The notes: a model not told the origin generated them from the sequence alone. 58,672 bases of DNA, filler included, from an uncultured bacterium (GCA_964449065.1; 4 parts of 4 records of this genome joined end to end with filler, not necessarily neighbours in it); one strand, 5' to 3'. Positions 10,262-20,255 are shown, numbered from the whole stretch's first letter. Numbers and translations: made by a program.

Positions 10262-11124
10262 GATTCCTGCAATCGTTTGCGCTGGGATAGATAATTGCTC
10301 AGCGCGTCTTGCCACGTGCGTTTGGGGGCAAGGCCTTTTTGTGCGAGGTGTTTGTTTTCCAAGCAGGAATTTAACGGCCGGCGGGCAGGCGCGCCGTATT
10401 CGGCGGCGGTGACCGGATCGACTTTCACATTCAAGCCGCATTGCCGGAATATCTCTTCGGCAAATTCATACCAAGTGCAGCTGCCTTGATTGGAAAGATG
10501 GTAGAGGCCGTATTGATCCGTCTTGACCAATGCATGGATGACGTTGGCCGCATCTACCGTATAAGTCGGCGATAACGATTCATCGCTGACAATGCGTAAG
10601 CGGTTGCCTTTGGAGCCGAGGCGGATCATGGTTTCGACAAAGTTGGTGCCTTTCATGCGGCTGGGGTTGATGCCGAACAATCCGGATACGCGAATGATGT
10701 AGTGTTTGTGCCAAACGCTTTGCACAAAGTATTCTCCGGCGAGTTTGGAGATGCCATACGAATTTAGCGGTGCGGGAGAGTCTTCTTCCACATAAGGCTC
10801 CGGTTTGTGGCCGTCAAACACATAATTGGTGCTGATGTGGACCAGTGGAACATCCCACTTTTTGCAGGCCAGGGCCAAGTTGCGGGGACCGATGGCGTTG
10901 ATTCGGTAGGCGGTGACATGCTCTCGTTCGCATTCATCCACGCGGGTGAAGGCGGCGGAATTGATGACGACATCCGGCGCGGTAAAGGCGATTTGCTGCT
11001 GCACGGCGGCTTCATCGGTGATATCCATATCTTCGGAAGTGTAGGGAGTGACCTGGCAATCGCTAAACGCATCCACCAAATCACACCCCAACTGTCCTCT
11101 GGAACCTACAATTAATATGTGCAT
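10258..11124 (-). CDS. rmlD: dTDP-4-dehydrorhamnose reductase
   Basis: GSRGQLG, STNYVFDG, YGISK, RRPLNSCL. Confidence 0.92.
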   Translation of the reverse strand: MHILIVGSRGQLGCDLVDAFSDCQVTPYTSEDMDITDEAAVQQQIAFTAPDVVINSAAFTRVDECEREHVTAYRINAIGPRNLALACKKWDVPLVHISTNYVFDGHKPEPYVEEDSPAPLNSYGISKLAGEYFVQSVWHKHYIIRVSGLFGINPSRMKGTNFVETMIRLGSKGNRLRIVSDESLSPTYTVDAANVIHALVKTDQYGLYHLSNQGSCTWYEFAEEIFRQCGLNVKVDPVTAAEYGAPARRPLNSCLENKHLAQKGLAPKRTWQDALSNYLSQRKRLQES

Positions 11125-11145
11125 GAAATATCCTTACAAAAGGAT

Positions 11146-11535
11146 TTACTTTAAATCTGTTTTTCTCAAATTGATCAAGCGGTGACCAAGCATATCCACT
11201 GCCGCTTGGCTTTGTTCCAACACGATATAACCCACCAGTGGTTCGTATTCATTATTCCGCGGCTTCATATCAATAAATATGACTTCACTGTATACTGGAT
11301 CAAATCCTTCTAACTGAATTTCAACCGGGCCGCATACTTCGGCTTCGATTCTCTCTTGGTTTGCGATTTCGCATTCTACGGTACGTATTAAGTCGAGTTT
11401 ACCCAAACGCTCTTTCCAGGCCGAAGGTAAAACCATGTGCGCGGCGCCAGTATCGACCATCGCATCGATTTGAATGGTTTTATCTGGATCCAGCAAATTT
11501 TTGATTCGGACATTGGTTGCCACAATTCTGCCCAT
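11146..11535 (-). CDS. Clan AA retropepsin-like aspartyl protease
   Basis: AMVDTGA catalytic motif and C-terminal PLVG..VLE; 129 aa. Confidence 0.8.
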   Translation of the reverse strand: MGRIVATNVRIKNLLDPDKTIQIDAMVDTGAAHMVLPSAWKERLGKLDLIRTVECEIANQERIEAEVCGPVEIQLEGFDPVYSEVIFIDMKPRNNEYEPLVGYIVLEQSQAAVDMLGHRLINLRKTDLK

Positions 11536-11562
11536 GATCTTCTCCAGAAACAGAACGATAAT

Positions 11563-12111
11563 TTAATCGAACAATTCAGCGTTCTCTAATAGAGGTAGGA
11601 TAGCATCTTTTTCGGAGAGTATGGCGTCTTGTGTTTGCCAATCAATGTTTAGTGCCGGGTCGTTCCAAATGATGCCGCGTTCCAAATCCGGGGCGTATTC
11701 CGCCGTGACTTTATAAACGACCAATGCGGTTTCGCTTTGGGTATAAAAACCGTGCGCGAACCCGGGGGGGATGTAGAGCATCTCGCGGTTTTCGCCGGTC
11801 AACTCTTGCGCCACCCATTCCTTAAAGGTGGGTGAACGCAAGCGGATATCAACGGCAATATCCATAATACTGCCTTGAATGCAGCTGACCAACTTGCCCT
11901 GCGCGGAGGGTGGAATTTGGTAATGCAGCCCCCGCACAACGCCTTGCGTTGAATACGATACGTTTTCCTGCACAAAGTCATCCTTGATTCCGTTGGCTTT
12001 GAAGTCGGAATATTTCCAGGTTTCTAAAAAGTATCCCCGCGAGTCAGGAAAGACCCGCGGAGATACCAGAATCACGTCCGGGATTTTGGTTGGGGTAAAG
12101 ATAAACGGCAT
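11563..12111 (-). CDS. rmlC: dTDP-4-dehydrorhamnose 3,5-epimerase
   Basis: DSRGYF, RGLHYQ, QGKLV, PPGFAHGF, LSEKD. Confidence 0.95.
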   Translation of the reverse strand: MPFIFTPTKIPDVILVSPRVFPDSRGYFLETWKYSDFKANGIKDDFVQENVSYSTQGVVRGLHYQIPPSAQGKLVSCIQGSIMDIAVDIRLRSPTFKEWVAQELTGENREMLYIPPGFAHGFYTQSETALVVYKVTAEYAPDLERGIIWNDPALNIDWQTQDAILSEKDAILPLLENAELFD

Positions 12112-12117
12112 TTTAAT

Positions 12118-12549
12118 TTAGTGACTCCCCTGCAATGTTTCTTTTTTTCCGTGTTCTAAATCGGCTTGGATTTCATCCGCACATTGGCCGTCGATTTTTC
12201 CGGGTACGACGATCGCCTTATGAAGGTCTAGAAGCCCGGGTAAAAAGGCGACAGTAACCGGCCGGCCATCCAAAACACGGTCCCGGTAAATATTCATCCG
12301 ATCTCCAGTGAATTGGAAGTGATATCGATGATGGTGTAGAACTCCCCATGCTTCTTCAATGGCCACGGGTGTCATGCGTTTCAAAATATCAACCGCTACT
12401 TTGGAATGGCCGCCTTCAATGTGCTCGTTGGGATTTTTGAGTGAGTAGCGAATCCGCTCTTCATTGCTGCATACATCAAACCGCGCGAAAAATAGATTGA
12501 CGGAAAATGCAAGTAAAACACTGGCAATCAAAATCGAATTCGTTTTCAC
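12118..12549 (-). CDS. Hypothetical protein with N-terminal signal/TM segment
   Basis: GTG start after AGGAGG; hydrophobic N-terminus. Confidence 0.55.
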   Translation of the reverse strand: MKTNSILIASVLLAFSVNLFFARFDVCSNEERIRYSLKNPNEHIEGGHSKVAVDILKRMTPVAIEEAWGVLHHHRYHFQFTGDRMNIYRDRVLDGRPVTVAFLPGLLDLHKAIVVPGKIDGQCADEIQADLEHGKKETLQGSH

Positions 12550-12699
12550 AATTTCCTCCTGGGTCAGATTAGAAGTAGAGTAAGATTATCGTTCGCAATG
12601 ATCAATAGGAAGCGCCAACGTATTCTCTTCATATTTGTCCAATGTTCCGCTAAATCTCTTCTCGACTTTTTGCCGCTTCGTCGGGAATGAATAATGGCA

Positions 12700-12746
12700 A
12701 AAAAAATAAAAAAAATATTGACGTACTACAATATATCGTATAAATT
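12700..12746 (+). promoter_or_regulatory. Sigma70-type promoter with A-tract UP element
   Basis: TTGACG (12718-12723), 17-bp spacer, TAAATT (12741-12746), A-tracts immediately upstream; points at the HTH gene at 12832. Confidence 0.55.
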
Positions 12747-12831
12747 ACATCAAGTGAAATACAAGATGTTGTACCAACAAAATCCTTAAATTTTTTATAT
12801 GTTATGATACAATAAGGTTGAGGTTAGAATT

Positions 12832-13062
12832 ATGTTAACGCTGAAAGAGCTTTCAGATAAAGTTGGTGTATCCGAGCAAGTGATGAACGAATGGGTTGAT
12901 AGTGAGCAAATCAAACCGCTTCGAAAGGAAGAGGGGGAAATCTATTTTTCTGATGAAGCAATTGGCCGTTCGCGACTTCTGAAAGAACTATATGATCTTA
13001 TGTCAAAAGAAAACTTGGAGAAATTAAGTATTGATCAATTGGAGCGGTTGAAGATGTATCTT
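12832..13062 (+). CDS. MerR/Xis-like helix-turn-helix protein, truncated by gap
   Basis: MLTLKELSDKVGVSEQVMNEWVDSEQIKP..R...YFSDE fits the MerR-type winged HTH pattern; GAGG RBS. Confidence 0.65.
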
Positions 13063-13162
13063 NNNNNNNNNNNNNNNNNNNNNNNNNNNNNNNNNNNNNN
13101 NNNNNNNNNNNNNNNNNNNNNNNNNNNNNNNNNNNNNNNNNNNNNNNNNNNNNNNNNNNNNN
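13063..13162. other. Scaffold gap (100 N)
   Basis: Run of N without linker motif. Confidence 0.98.
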
Positions 13163-13582
13163 CTTGATAGTTTCTTCTGCTGATTTGGAAACTTTAGATA
13201 CTTTTACAGTTAATTTTTTATTCAACCGCTCTTCATTTGGATTGGAATATCCAAGAACTTTAACTGGTTCAGTAATCGATTCGATTAAATTCATAAGCAA
13301 CAACTTTTCTACAGTCACTACATCTCCATCATCAAATCTGTTTAAATCTGAAACGTTAACTATTTGATATTTTTTAGGATTTAAAGACTTAAACCCGCGT
13401 TTTGGTATACGGCGCTGCAAAGGCATTTGCCCGCCTTCAAACCAAGCCCGGCTTTTGAACCCGGAACGAGAGCGTTGTCCATTGTGTCCCCGCCCTGATG
13501 TTTTTCCATGACCAGAACCGGGACCACGGCCAATGCGCTTACTTCTTTTTTTCTTTTGGTTTTCCAATTTACCCGTTTGCAT
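13163..13582 (-). CDS. rplO: 50S ribosomal protein L15 (uL15), 3' end in gap
   Basis: KRIGRGPGSGHGKTSGRGHNGQRSRSG, FEGGQMPLQRRIPKRGF, PVKVLG. Confidence 0.95.
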
Positions 13583-13985
13583 GTTTTATACCTCAAATCA
13601 CTTAATTATCATTCATTGCATTACATTAAATAACATCGTATTTAATTGAATCAACAATTATATGGATATTATCCACATAAGTAAAGCTATATGAATGAGT
13701 ATGAATGAGTAATCTCAAAAATTCTCCTCTATATAACTTGAATCGTATACTATTCAATAATAATTCTATTGAATTGTTAAGATTGTATTATGTATTGACA
13801 ATTTATAATCGGTTCGTATTTTAACTGATTTTTCCCTTTGTGTCTTTGACAGACCATCTCAATTAAAATTGGTGGATAAAAAGGTACCCTTTCCAATGAG
13901 GAAATTCATACATGGGCTTCCGAATAGTTGAATAAATTTATCATTCGTTCATCATATAGGTATACCTTTCAATTAGGATGCAGCC

Positions 13986-14684
13986 ATGCCGATTCTTGAA
14001 CTCAAACACGTTTCCAAAGAATACGAATCCGCGGCGGGGGGCGAGACGCTTTCCGTGCTGAACGGTGTCACCCTTTCCATCGATGCCGGAGATTCGCTCT
14101 CCATCATCGGGCCGTCCGGCTCGGGTAAAAGCACCCTGCTCAACATCATGGGCACGCTGGATAAACCTTCGTTCGGCGAGGTCATTTTGGAAGGCGAATC
14201 CCTGCCGTATGAAAATGAAGTAAAACTGTCCCGTATCCGCAACCGCAAGATCGGGTTCATCTTTCAATCCCATCATTTGCTGCCGCAGTGCACGGTGTTG
14301 GAGAATGTACTGCTGCCGTCACTCGTCAAAGGCGGCGGTAAGGCCCCTAGCGACGCGGTGTCGCGCGCAGAGCATTTGCTGGAGCGCGTGGGTCTGAAAG
14401 AACGCACCAGCCACCGGCCGGGGCAGCTTTCGGGCGGAGAGCGCCAACGGGTTGCTGTCGTCCGCTCCCTCATCAATGAGCCGGTATTGATCCTTGCCGA
14501 CGAACCCACCGGCGCGTTGGATCAGGAAAACGCGGTACAATTAATGGAACTGCTCTCCGAACTCAACCGCGAAGAAAACGTCACGCTTGTAGTGGTAACC
14601 CATGACCGCGAACTCGCGGCAAAACTCAATCAGGTGATGGAACTGCGCCGGCGCAACCTGCATCCGTTGGAGACTGCAACATGA
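13986..14684 (+). CDS. ABC transporter ATP-binding protein (LolD/MacB-like)
   Basis: GPSGSGKST, LSGGERQRVA, ADEPTGALD, VVTHD. Confidence 0.92.
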   Translation: MPILELKHVSKEYESAAGGETLSVLNGVTLSIDAGDSLSIIGPSGSGKSTLLNIMGTLDKPSFGEVILEGESLPYENEVKLSRIRNRKIGFIFQSHHLLPQCTVLENVLLPSLVKGGGKAPSDAVSRAEHLLERVGLKERTSHRPGQLSGGERQRVAVVRSLINEPVLILADEPTGALDQENAVQLMELLSELNREENVTLVVVTHDRELAAKLNQVMELRRRNLHPLETAT

Positions 14685-14745
14685 ACCGTTGGACACTCTT
14701 ATGGCGCAGCTTATTGCATTACCGCCGCGCGCATTTCGGCGTGGT
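14681..14745 (+). CDS. N-terminus of FtsX/MacB-like ABC permease, cut by contig end
   Basis: ATGA overlap with the ATPase; MNRWTLLWRSLLHYRRAHFGV. Confidence 0.6.
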
Positions 14746-14845
14746 NNNNNNNNNNNNNNNNNNNNNNNNNNNNNNNNNNNNNNNNNNNNTTAATTAATTA
14801 ANNNNNNNNNNNNNNNNNNNNNNNNNNNNNNNNNNNNNNNNNNNN
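14746..14845. other. Artificial contig linker
   Basis: N44-TTAATTAATTAA-N44 (stops in all six frames). Confidence 0.97.
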
Positions 14846-16509
14846 AACAAATCGACCATCTTCTTTGTGTTATCGCGGCGTTGGGCTTCGGATTCGTGGC
14901 CCATGGCTTGGTAGAAATCCTCGTCGTAGTTGCGGGTTTTGACCACCACCGGCATGGGGGTGGCGTGACCGAGGATGAGGGCTTGCTGTTTGGTATCCAA
15001 ACTGGCTAATACCTGCCGGAGAGAAGACGCTCCCGATACCCCGGTAAACACCGCTTGGATGTCTTTCTCATCGTTCAGCAATGCGGTAATCCGGGTACCC
15101 AACTGCGATAGGATTTCGTCATCGATCCCCGATGGGCGCTGGTCGACAATCAGCAGCGAAACAAAATACTTGCGCAGTTCGCGCGCGATGACACCGAAGA
15201 TGGTCTGCCGCGCCGCCGCCGGGTTGAGGAACTTATGCGCCTCTTCAATCGTAATCAGCAGCTGCGGCGGTTTGTCTTCCAACTTTTGCGTCGCCATATA
15301 GGTTTCCGCGTCGCTCACCCAGCGCTCGTGGATGCGCCGCGTCACCAAATTCGCCACCAGCAGATACGCCAACATGCTGGAAACGCGCCCAAACTCCAGA
15401 TCAATGTGCTTCCCTGCACGCAGTTCGGTGATAATCCGCTCCACTGACGCCACGTTGGACTGCACCCCTTCAATCTCTTTTTCTTCCTTTTCCACAATAA
15501 ACGGCAGCCGCTGCACTTGCAGCATTTTTCGATAAAGGGCTGCCAAACTTTCTTTGTTCGCTCCAATCTCATCCGCTAACTTTTTTTGATCAGCCGGGCT
15601 GGTGTTGAGCAGTTCAGACAGCCAATGCCTTTGAAAGCGGTTGCGCAGGATGTAGGCGGTCTCCACCGCGGTGGGGTGCAGGCGCAGTTCATCCTGCATC
15701 CCGGCGATGTCTTCCACCTCAATCGAGGCCAGCGGTATTTGAATTTCGCGGTCATACTTCACCCCGCGCGCCTGCGCCGATTCGGCATCCATGGTGTAGA
15801 TCAGCACCTTCGAGCCGAAGAGGTTCTTTAGCCCCTGCACAAAGGTCGCCTTGCCTGAGCCGGATTCTTGCCGTGTTTGTGAACCATACTCGCTATGCAT
15901 ATCAAAGATGAGGTTCACCGCTTTGCTGTTCTTCACCAGCCCCGCCAGCACCAAGCGCGCGAGGAAGGTTTTCCCGGTGCCGGTCTTGCCGAAGATGCCG
16001 TTCGAGCGTTCGACAAAGCGGTCGAGATCAAGGCATACTTCCACATTGTCCATATCCAGCGGGCTGCCGAGATTAAAGAAGCGTTTGGATGTGGCGTCTT
16101 CCTGCCCGAATACGTGAAACACGTCCTCATCGTTGGCATCCCGCACCTGTGAAAAATGCACCGGGATGCTTTTGACGGGGCGCAGGCTGTCTTCGCGGCT
16201 AACAGAGGTATCGGCGTTACGGTCCAGCATCAACATGGGCTGCAATGAGACCGTCGCGTAGGTATGGTCGCCTTCCAATACACTTTGCAGCAGGGATGAA
16301 TGACCGGGCGGATCGCGCAGAATCGCGAGGTTGGAGGCATCCAGCGTCACATCGGTAATCATGCAAAAGAAATCAAACTGGCTTCCCTGCACCACCACAA
16401 ACTTGCCCGCGCGCACATCCTCAATCGACTGCGCAGGGTCCAGCCTCATCTCCAGCCCTTCACTCAGCGAGCCGGAGGTGATTAAACCGATGTGGATGTT
16501 ATTACTCAT
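14846..16509 (-). CDS. herA: HerA/DUF87 family helicase-ATPase with N-terminal HAS barrel, last codons lost at contig end
   Basis: Walker A GKTGTGKT, FDMHSEY, Walker B IEEAH, RELRKY, DQRPS. Confidence 0.85.
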
Positions 16510-16510
16510 T

Positions 16511-17125
16511 TTAAGATCCTTGCTCTATCCGCATCATCATTCTGCGCAAAGTATCGTAATCATCCCGGTAAAGTACAGACAACCCTTTTCCTAAACGGAC
16601 TATTTCATCCCTTCGGTTGCCGTATGCTTCAGCTGCTCTTAAGGTGATTTGCAACAGCAATTCTTCAGAACCTTTTGAGGCATCAAACACCAGGCGAAAT
16701 ACACTCGTCTCTTCAAAAAACATTCGAATCTCATCATCAATGCTTTCCCGAATTCCTGCGTGTAAGGACGGCGGCGAAGGCGGTAAACCGGGCTGAAAGC
16801 GGAACACGCTCTTGCCCTTTTCTTTTGCTTCTTTATAGATGCCGACCCAATAAGCATGAAAGTAGGATTTAAGTAGATTTTGCAATTGTGGGTGCTTTTG
16901 CGGGATATCGTCTTCAGGAATCTCAAACGCGACCGGCAGGCGGTTGATATCCGCGCCGATGGTTTGCACGTTGTGGATGACGCCCACCGCATACGCATCC
17001 TTTTGCGAGGAACCTAGCTTCGCCATCACCATCGAACCGAACGCGGGGATAGGCTGATCGCGCCAGACCTGGCCGGTCATCTCGCGCGTGCTGGTTTGTA
17101 TGATTTCGCCGATGATTTGTGCCAT
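16511..17125 (-). CDS. HAS-barrel domain protein (HerA-associated)
   Basis: IGEII.TST, PAFGSMV, LPPSPPSLH and C-terminal YRDDYDTL; directly abuts herA. Confidence 0.7.
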   Translation of the reverse strand: MAQIIGEIIQTSTREMTGQVWRDQPIPAFGSMVMAKLGSSQKDAYAVGVIHNVQTIGADINRLPVAFEIPEDDIPQKHPQLQNLLKSYFHAYWVGIYKEAKEKGKSVFRFQPGLPPSPPSLHAGIRESIDDEIRMFFEETSVFRLVFDASKGSEELLLQITLRAAEAYGNRRDEIVRLGKGLSVLYRDDYDTLRRMMMRIEQGS

Positions 17126-17314
17126 TTACGATTCTTCAGATTGGCTGGAATTATGAATTTTCTCTGTTTTCCTTGACGGAAACGAAACCACTTTATGGCC
17201 GCTCTCCCACTGCGATTTCATCATATCCCGCATCAAGGCTTCCATGTCTCCATTATAGGCTTCCAGCATTTCAATTCTTCGTTTTCGAATTTCTGCAATG
17301 ATTGGATTATCCAT
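17126..17314 (-). CDS. Small protein resembling partners found downstream of PIN toxins (putative antitoxin)
   Basis: MDNPIIAEIRKRR...YNGDMEAL; start overlaps the stop of a PIN-like remnant. Confidence 0.55.
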   Translation of the reverse strand: MDNPIIAEIRKRRIEMLEAYNGDMEALMRDMMKSQWESGHKVVSFPSRKTEKIHNSSQSEES

Positions 17315-17400
17315 TTTCAAACTCACTTCCAAAAAGTTCAACTGGTGTACAGATCACAGATATATCATATCCTAAAAAACTACTCTACAAATTGCTTGTT
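17307..17400 (-). pseudogene. C-terminal remnant of a PIN-domain toxin
   Basis: Manual translation LGYDISVICTPVELFGSEFENG* matches the GY...ICTP.EL tail of a PIN family; the frame is closed just upstream. Confidence 0.5.
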
Positions 17401-17495
17401 CAAAAGATTTTGAAAGGATATAATCTTAAACACATTCAATATGATTAACATAGTGCGTGTAAAACAAAGGAAGTGGTATTTCATTGGAGAAGGGT

Positions 17496-17846
17496 ATGGC
17501 TCAACTGACATTGCAGGTTTCCGATGAGTTGGCAGAACAGATTCAGCCATTTGGCTCTTGGCTTTCAACGATTATTGAATTGAGTCTGATTGGATGTAAA
17601 ACGGCAGCGTCTGCCACTGCAACGGAAGTCATTCAGTTTTTATCGACTGACCCAACCTCCCAAGAAGTGCTTCACTTTCACGTATCCAATCAAGCCCAAG
17701 AAAGGCTTCAACGGTTGCTTGCATTAAATGAAAGTGGATTATTATCTGAATCCGAACTGCAAGAACTGGATGAATTACAAAAAATAGAACACATCGTCAT
17801 CATGCTCAAAACACGTGTCGCTGAACAACATCATCAGGAGTCATAA
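17496..17846 (+). CDS. Hypothetical protein, putative antitoxin partner of the downstream HNH nuclease
   Basis: RHH-like MAQLTLQVSDELAEQI; QERLQRLLALNESGLLSESELQELD; GGAGAAGG RBS. Confidence 0.6.
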   Translation: MAQLTLQVSDELAEQIQPFGSWLSTIIELSLIGCKTAASATATEVIQFLSTDPTSQEVLHFHVSNQAQERLQRLLALNESGLLSESELQELDELQKIEHIVIMLKTRVAEQHHQES

Positions 17847-18272
17847 TTGACGGGTGATATTTCCGAATAATTACGCCAATTCATACAGCAACGTGCCTAT
17901 CATTGTTGTGAGTATTGTTTCTTGCCGCAAACGATGTCCCTGCATAAACATGAACCGGACCATATTGTCCCGATTCAACATGGTGGTCACTCAACCCCTG
18001 AAAATATTGCCTTATCTTGTATACGATACAATCGGTACAAAGGACCAAATATCGGTTCAATTGATCCAGTCACAGGAGAACTTGTACCGTTTTTTAATCC
18101 CCGGAAACACGTTTGGACAGAACATTTTGAATTACAGAATGGATGGATTCAGCCCCTGTCTGCGGAAGCACGAGTTACGGTTAAAATATTACGGTTGAAT
18201 GATCAAGAACGTATCAAAGAACGAAGACAATTAATGAAGTTAGGATTATTGAAAATAAGCCCATATCAATGA
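17847..18272 (+). pseudogene. HNH endonuclease pseudogene
   Basis: TTG 17847 after AGGAG: MTGDISE*LRQFIQQRAYHCCEYC...DHIVPIQHGG...NIALSCIRYNRYKG. TAA at 17868-17870, and Tyr where CxxCN has its second Cys. Confidence 0.75.
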
Positions 18273-18514
18273 ATTGAAGTTTTACTAAAGTAAAGACCCA
18301 TAAATCATTAACCTTGTTCAGTTATTAAAATTCCCACCACTTGGCGGATGAGTTTGATAAGATAAAATGCCCATCAATTGTCAGGCAGGGTTAGATTTAA
18401 TTCGCTGAGTTTTGTATATGCTTATTAACTGACGTTACGCAAAAGGGAATAGAAAGTTCATGTTGAAATTGAGGTCTATAGAAAGCCCTTAAATTTTCAG
18501 TACGACTATCGTCT

Positions 18515-18640
18515 TCTCCCTTTGGGAGAAGATAAGAGATGAGGGCGAAGCGAGCGATTGCTCCCTACTACTCAGTAGTGTACAAAAAGGGGATTGTCTC
18601 CATAAGCCCTCACCCCTACCCTCTCCCGATGGGCGAGGGC
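18515..18640. repeat. Pair of inverted REP-like palindromes (CCCTCACCCC.ACCCTCTCCC...GGG.GAGGG type)
   Basis: TCTTCTCCCTTTGGGAGAAGA..GATGAGGG and CCCTCACCCCTACCCTCTCCCGATGGGCGAGGG. Confidence 0.55.
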
Positions 18641-18743
18641 GATAGATACAGCGGTAGATTAGAATAACGAGCATTTCATTACATATACGTAACATGAGTT
18701 ATTAATACAACCCATATAATAATTGAAAATGGAGCGGTTCGTC

Positions 18744-19814
18744 ATGCAAAAAAAACGCGCAGCCATCATCGGGGCCACCGGCGTGGCGGGGCAACAGTTC
18801 GTTGAAGCCCTATGGGATCACCCCTGGTTTGAAATCACGGGTTTATTTGCTTCGAAGCGTTCTGCTGGTAAAACGTATGGTGAAGCCGCGACCTGGTATT
18901 CATCCACCCCCCTGAAAAGCAACATCGCCGCGATGAACGTTGAGTTGATGGAAGACGTTCTAGGCAAAATCGAAGAGTACGATGTTCTCTTCTCTGCCCT
19001 GCCATCGGATGTGGCTAAAGAGATCGAAGGCAAGTTGGCAAAGCACAAACCGGTCATCAGCACCGCCTCGGCCTACCGCTATGAGAAAGACGTGCCGGTC
19101 TTGGTGCCTGAACTCAACGCTTCGCACATCCCGCTGATCGACACCCAGCGCAAAGAACGCGGCTGGAAGGGGTTTGTCGTTCCCGGCCCCAACTGCACCA
19201 CCATGGGCATGGTCATTTCTCTTAAACCGCTACTGGACAAATTCGGGCTCAAAAACGTCTATATGACATCCCTGCAAGCGCTTTCCGGAGCGGGCTACCC
19301 CGGCGTGCCGTCATTGGATGTGGTTGACAACGTGATTCCTTATATTGATAAAGAAGAAGACAAAGTCGTCATCGAAGCCAAAAACGTGCTGGGCTCATTC
19401 CGCAACGGGGTGGTCACCGATGCGGCGTTCGGCGTCAGTTGTACTTGCACCCGCGTTGCCACCATTGATGGTCACTTGCTTGCCGTGACGGCTGAAACCG
19501 AAAAACCATGTTCGCCGGAAGGCTATAAAGAAGCCATTAATGAATTCAACGAAGCCAGCCGAAAAGAATTCGGCGAGTTGCCGTCCGCACCGGAATTTGC
19601 CATTGTCGTGCGGGAAGAAAAAAACCGCCCGCAGCCGCGCATGGACCGCAACCTCGGAGGCGGCATGACCACCACCGTCGGGCGTATCCGGCAGGATGAA
19701 ATCTTGGGCGAACACGGAATCAAATACATCTGCCTCTCGCACAATACCAAGCGCGGGGCCGCCAAAGGCGAGTTATTAGCGGCTGAATATTTATCCACCA
19801 AAGGATACATCTAG
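18744..19814 (+). CDS. asd: Aspartate-semialdehyde dehydrogenase (archaeal/eukaryote-like subfamily)
   Basis: GATGVAGQ, PNCTT, QALSGAGYPG, DNVIPYI, RPQPRMDR, HNTKRGAA. Confidence 0.92.
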   Translation: MQKKRAAIIGATGVAGQQFVEALWDHPWFEITGLFASKRSAGKTYGEAATWYSSTPLKSNIAAMNVELMEDVLGKIEEYDVLFSALPSDVAKEIEGKLAKHKPVISTASAYRYEKDVPVLVPELNASHIPLIDTQRKERGWKGFVVPGPNCTTMGMVISLKPLLDKFGLKNVYMTSLQALSGAGYPGVPSLDVVDNVIPYIDKEEDKVVIEAKNVLGSFRNGVVTDAAFGVSCTCTRVATIDGHLLAVTAETEKPCSPEGYKEAINEFNEASRKEFGELPSAPEFAIVVREEKNRPQPRMDRNLGGGMTTTVGRIRQDEILGEHGIKYICLSHNTKRGAAKGELLAAEYLSTKGYI

Positions 19815-19859
19815 GCTATTACATGTGGATTTAAACCCCGCTATAATTATTAGGGATTA

Positions 19860-19884
19860 GGGAGGGCGAGGCTCCCGCCGAGCC
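19860..19884. repeat. REP-like element GGGAGGGCGAGGCTCCCGCCGAGCC
   Basis: Identical copy at 55259-55283; inverted near-identical copy at 22076-22099. Confidence 0.75.
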
Positions 19885-19964
19885 TTAGTCTTTTTCTCCC
19901 CAATTTCGGGGGAAACACAGAGGGGATTAAGAAAAACCCTTTGATCTTGAAAAGAGGACTCAAA

Positions 19965-20219
19965 ATGACCGGATTAAATAGACAAGATTTCTTACGCATT
20001 TTAGGCGAAGCCCGCGTGGCTCAGGCCGAAGCCATGACGCAGGAAGACTTCGAAGAAAAAAAATGGGACCGCTTTGAAGAACTTTTGGCGGTCTATGACA
20101 AAGTCTGCCACACCACCCTGTTTGAAGCCAAACGCTCGTACATCACCGGCCTCGATATCGAAATGCAGTTGCTGCTCATCAAACACACATTTGATATTGA
20201 AAATACCCTCGTGGCATAG
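19965..20219 (+). CDS. Hypothetical protein (84 aa)
   Basis: AGAGGA RBS, typical codon usage, followed by a terminator. Confidence 0.65.
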   Translation: MTGLNRQDFLRILGEARVAQAEAMTQEDFEEKKWDRFEELLAVYDKVCHTTLFEAKRSYITGLDIEMQLLLIKHTFDIENTLVA

Positions 20220-20255
20220 TCATTTTCACTCAACCCAAATTGAGTTCACAATGGT

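Noticed and set aside
12998..13167. ORF-track extensions of rplO and the HTH gene through the N gap
   Set aside because: Read-through of Ns; the true 3' ends are unknown.
14746..14845. TTAATTAATTAA motif repeated three times at about 14.5-kb spacing
   Set aside because: Always centred in 88 Ns; an assembly linker joining length-sorted contigs, not biology.
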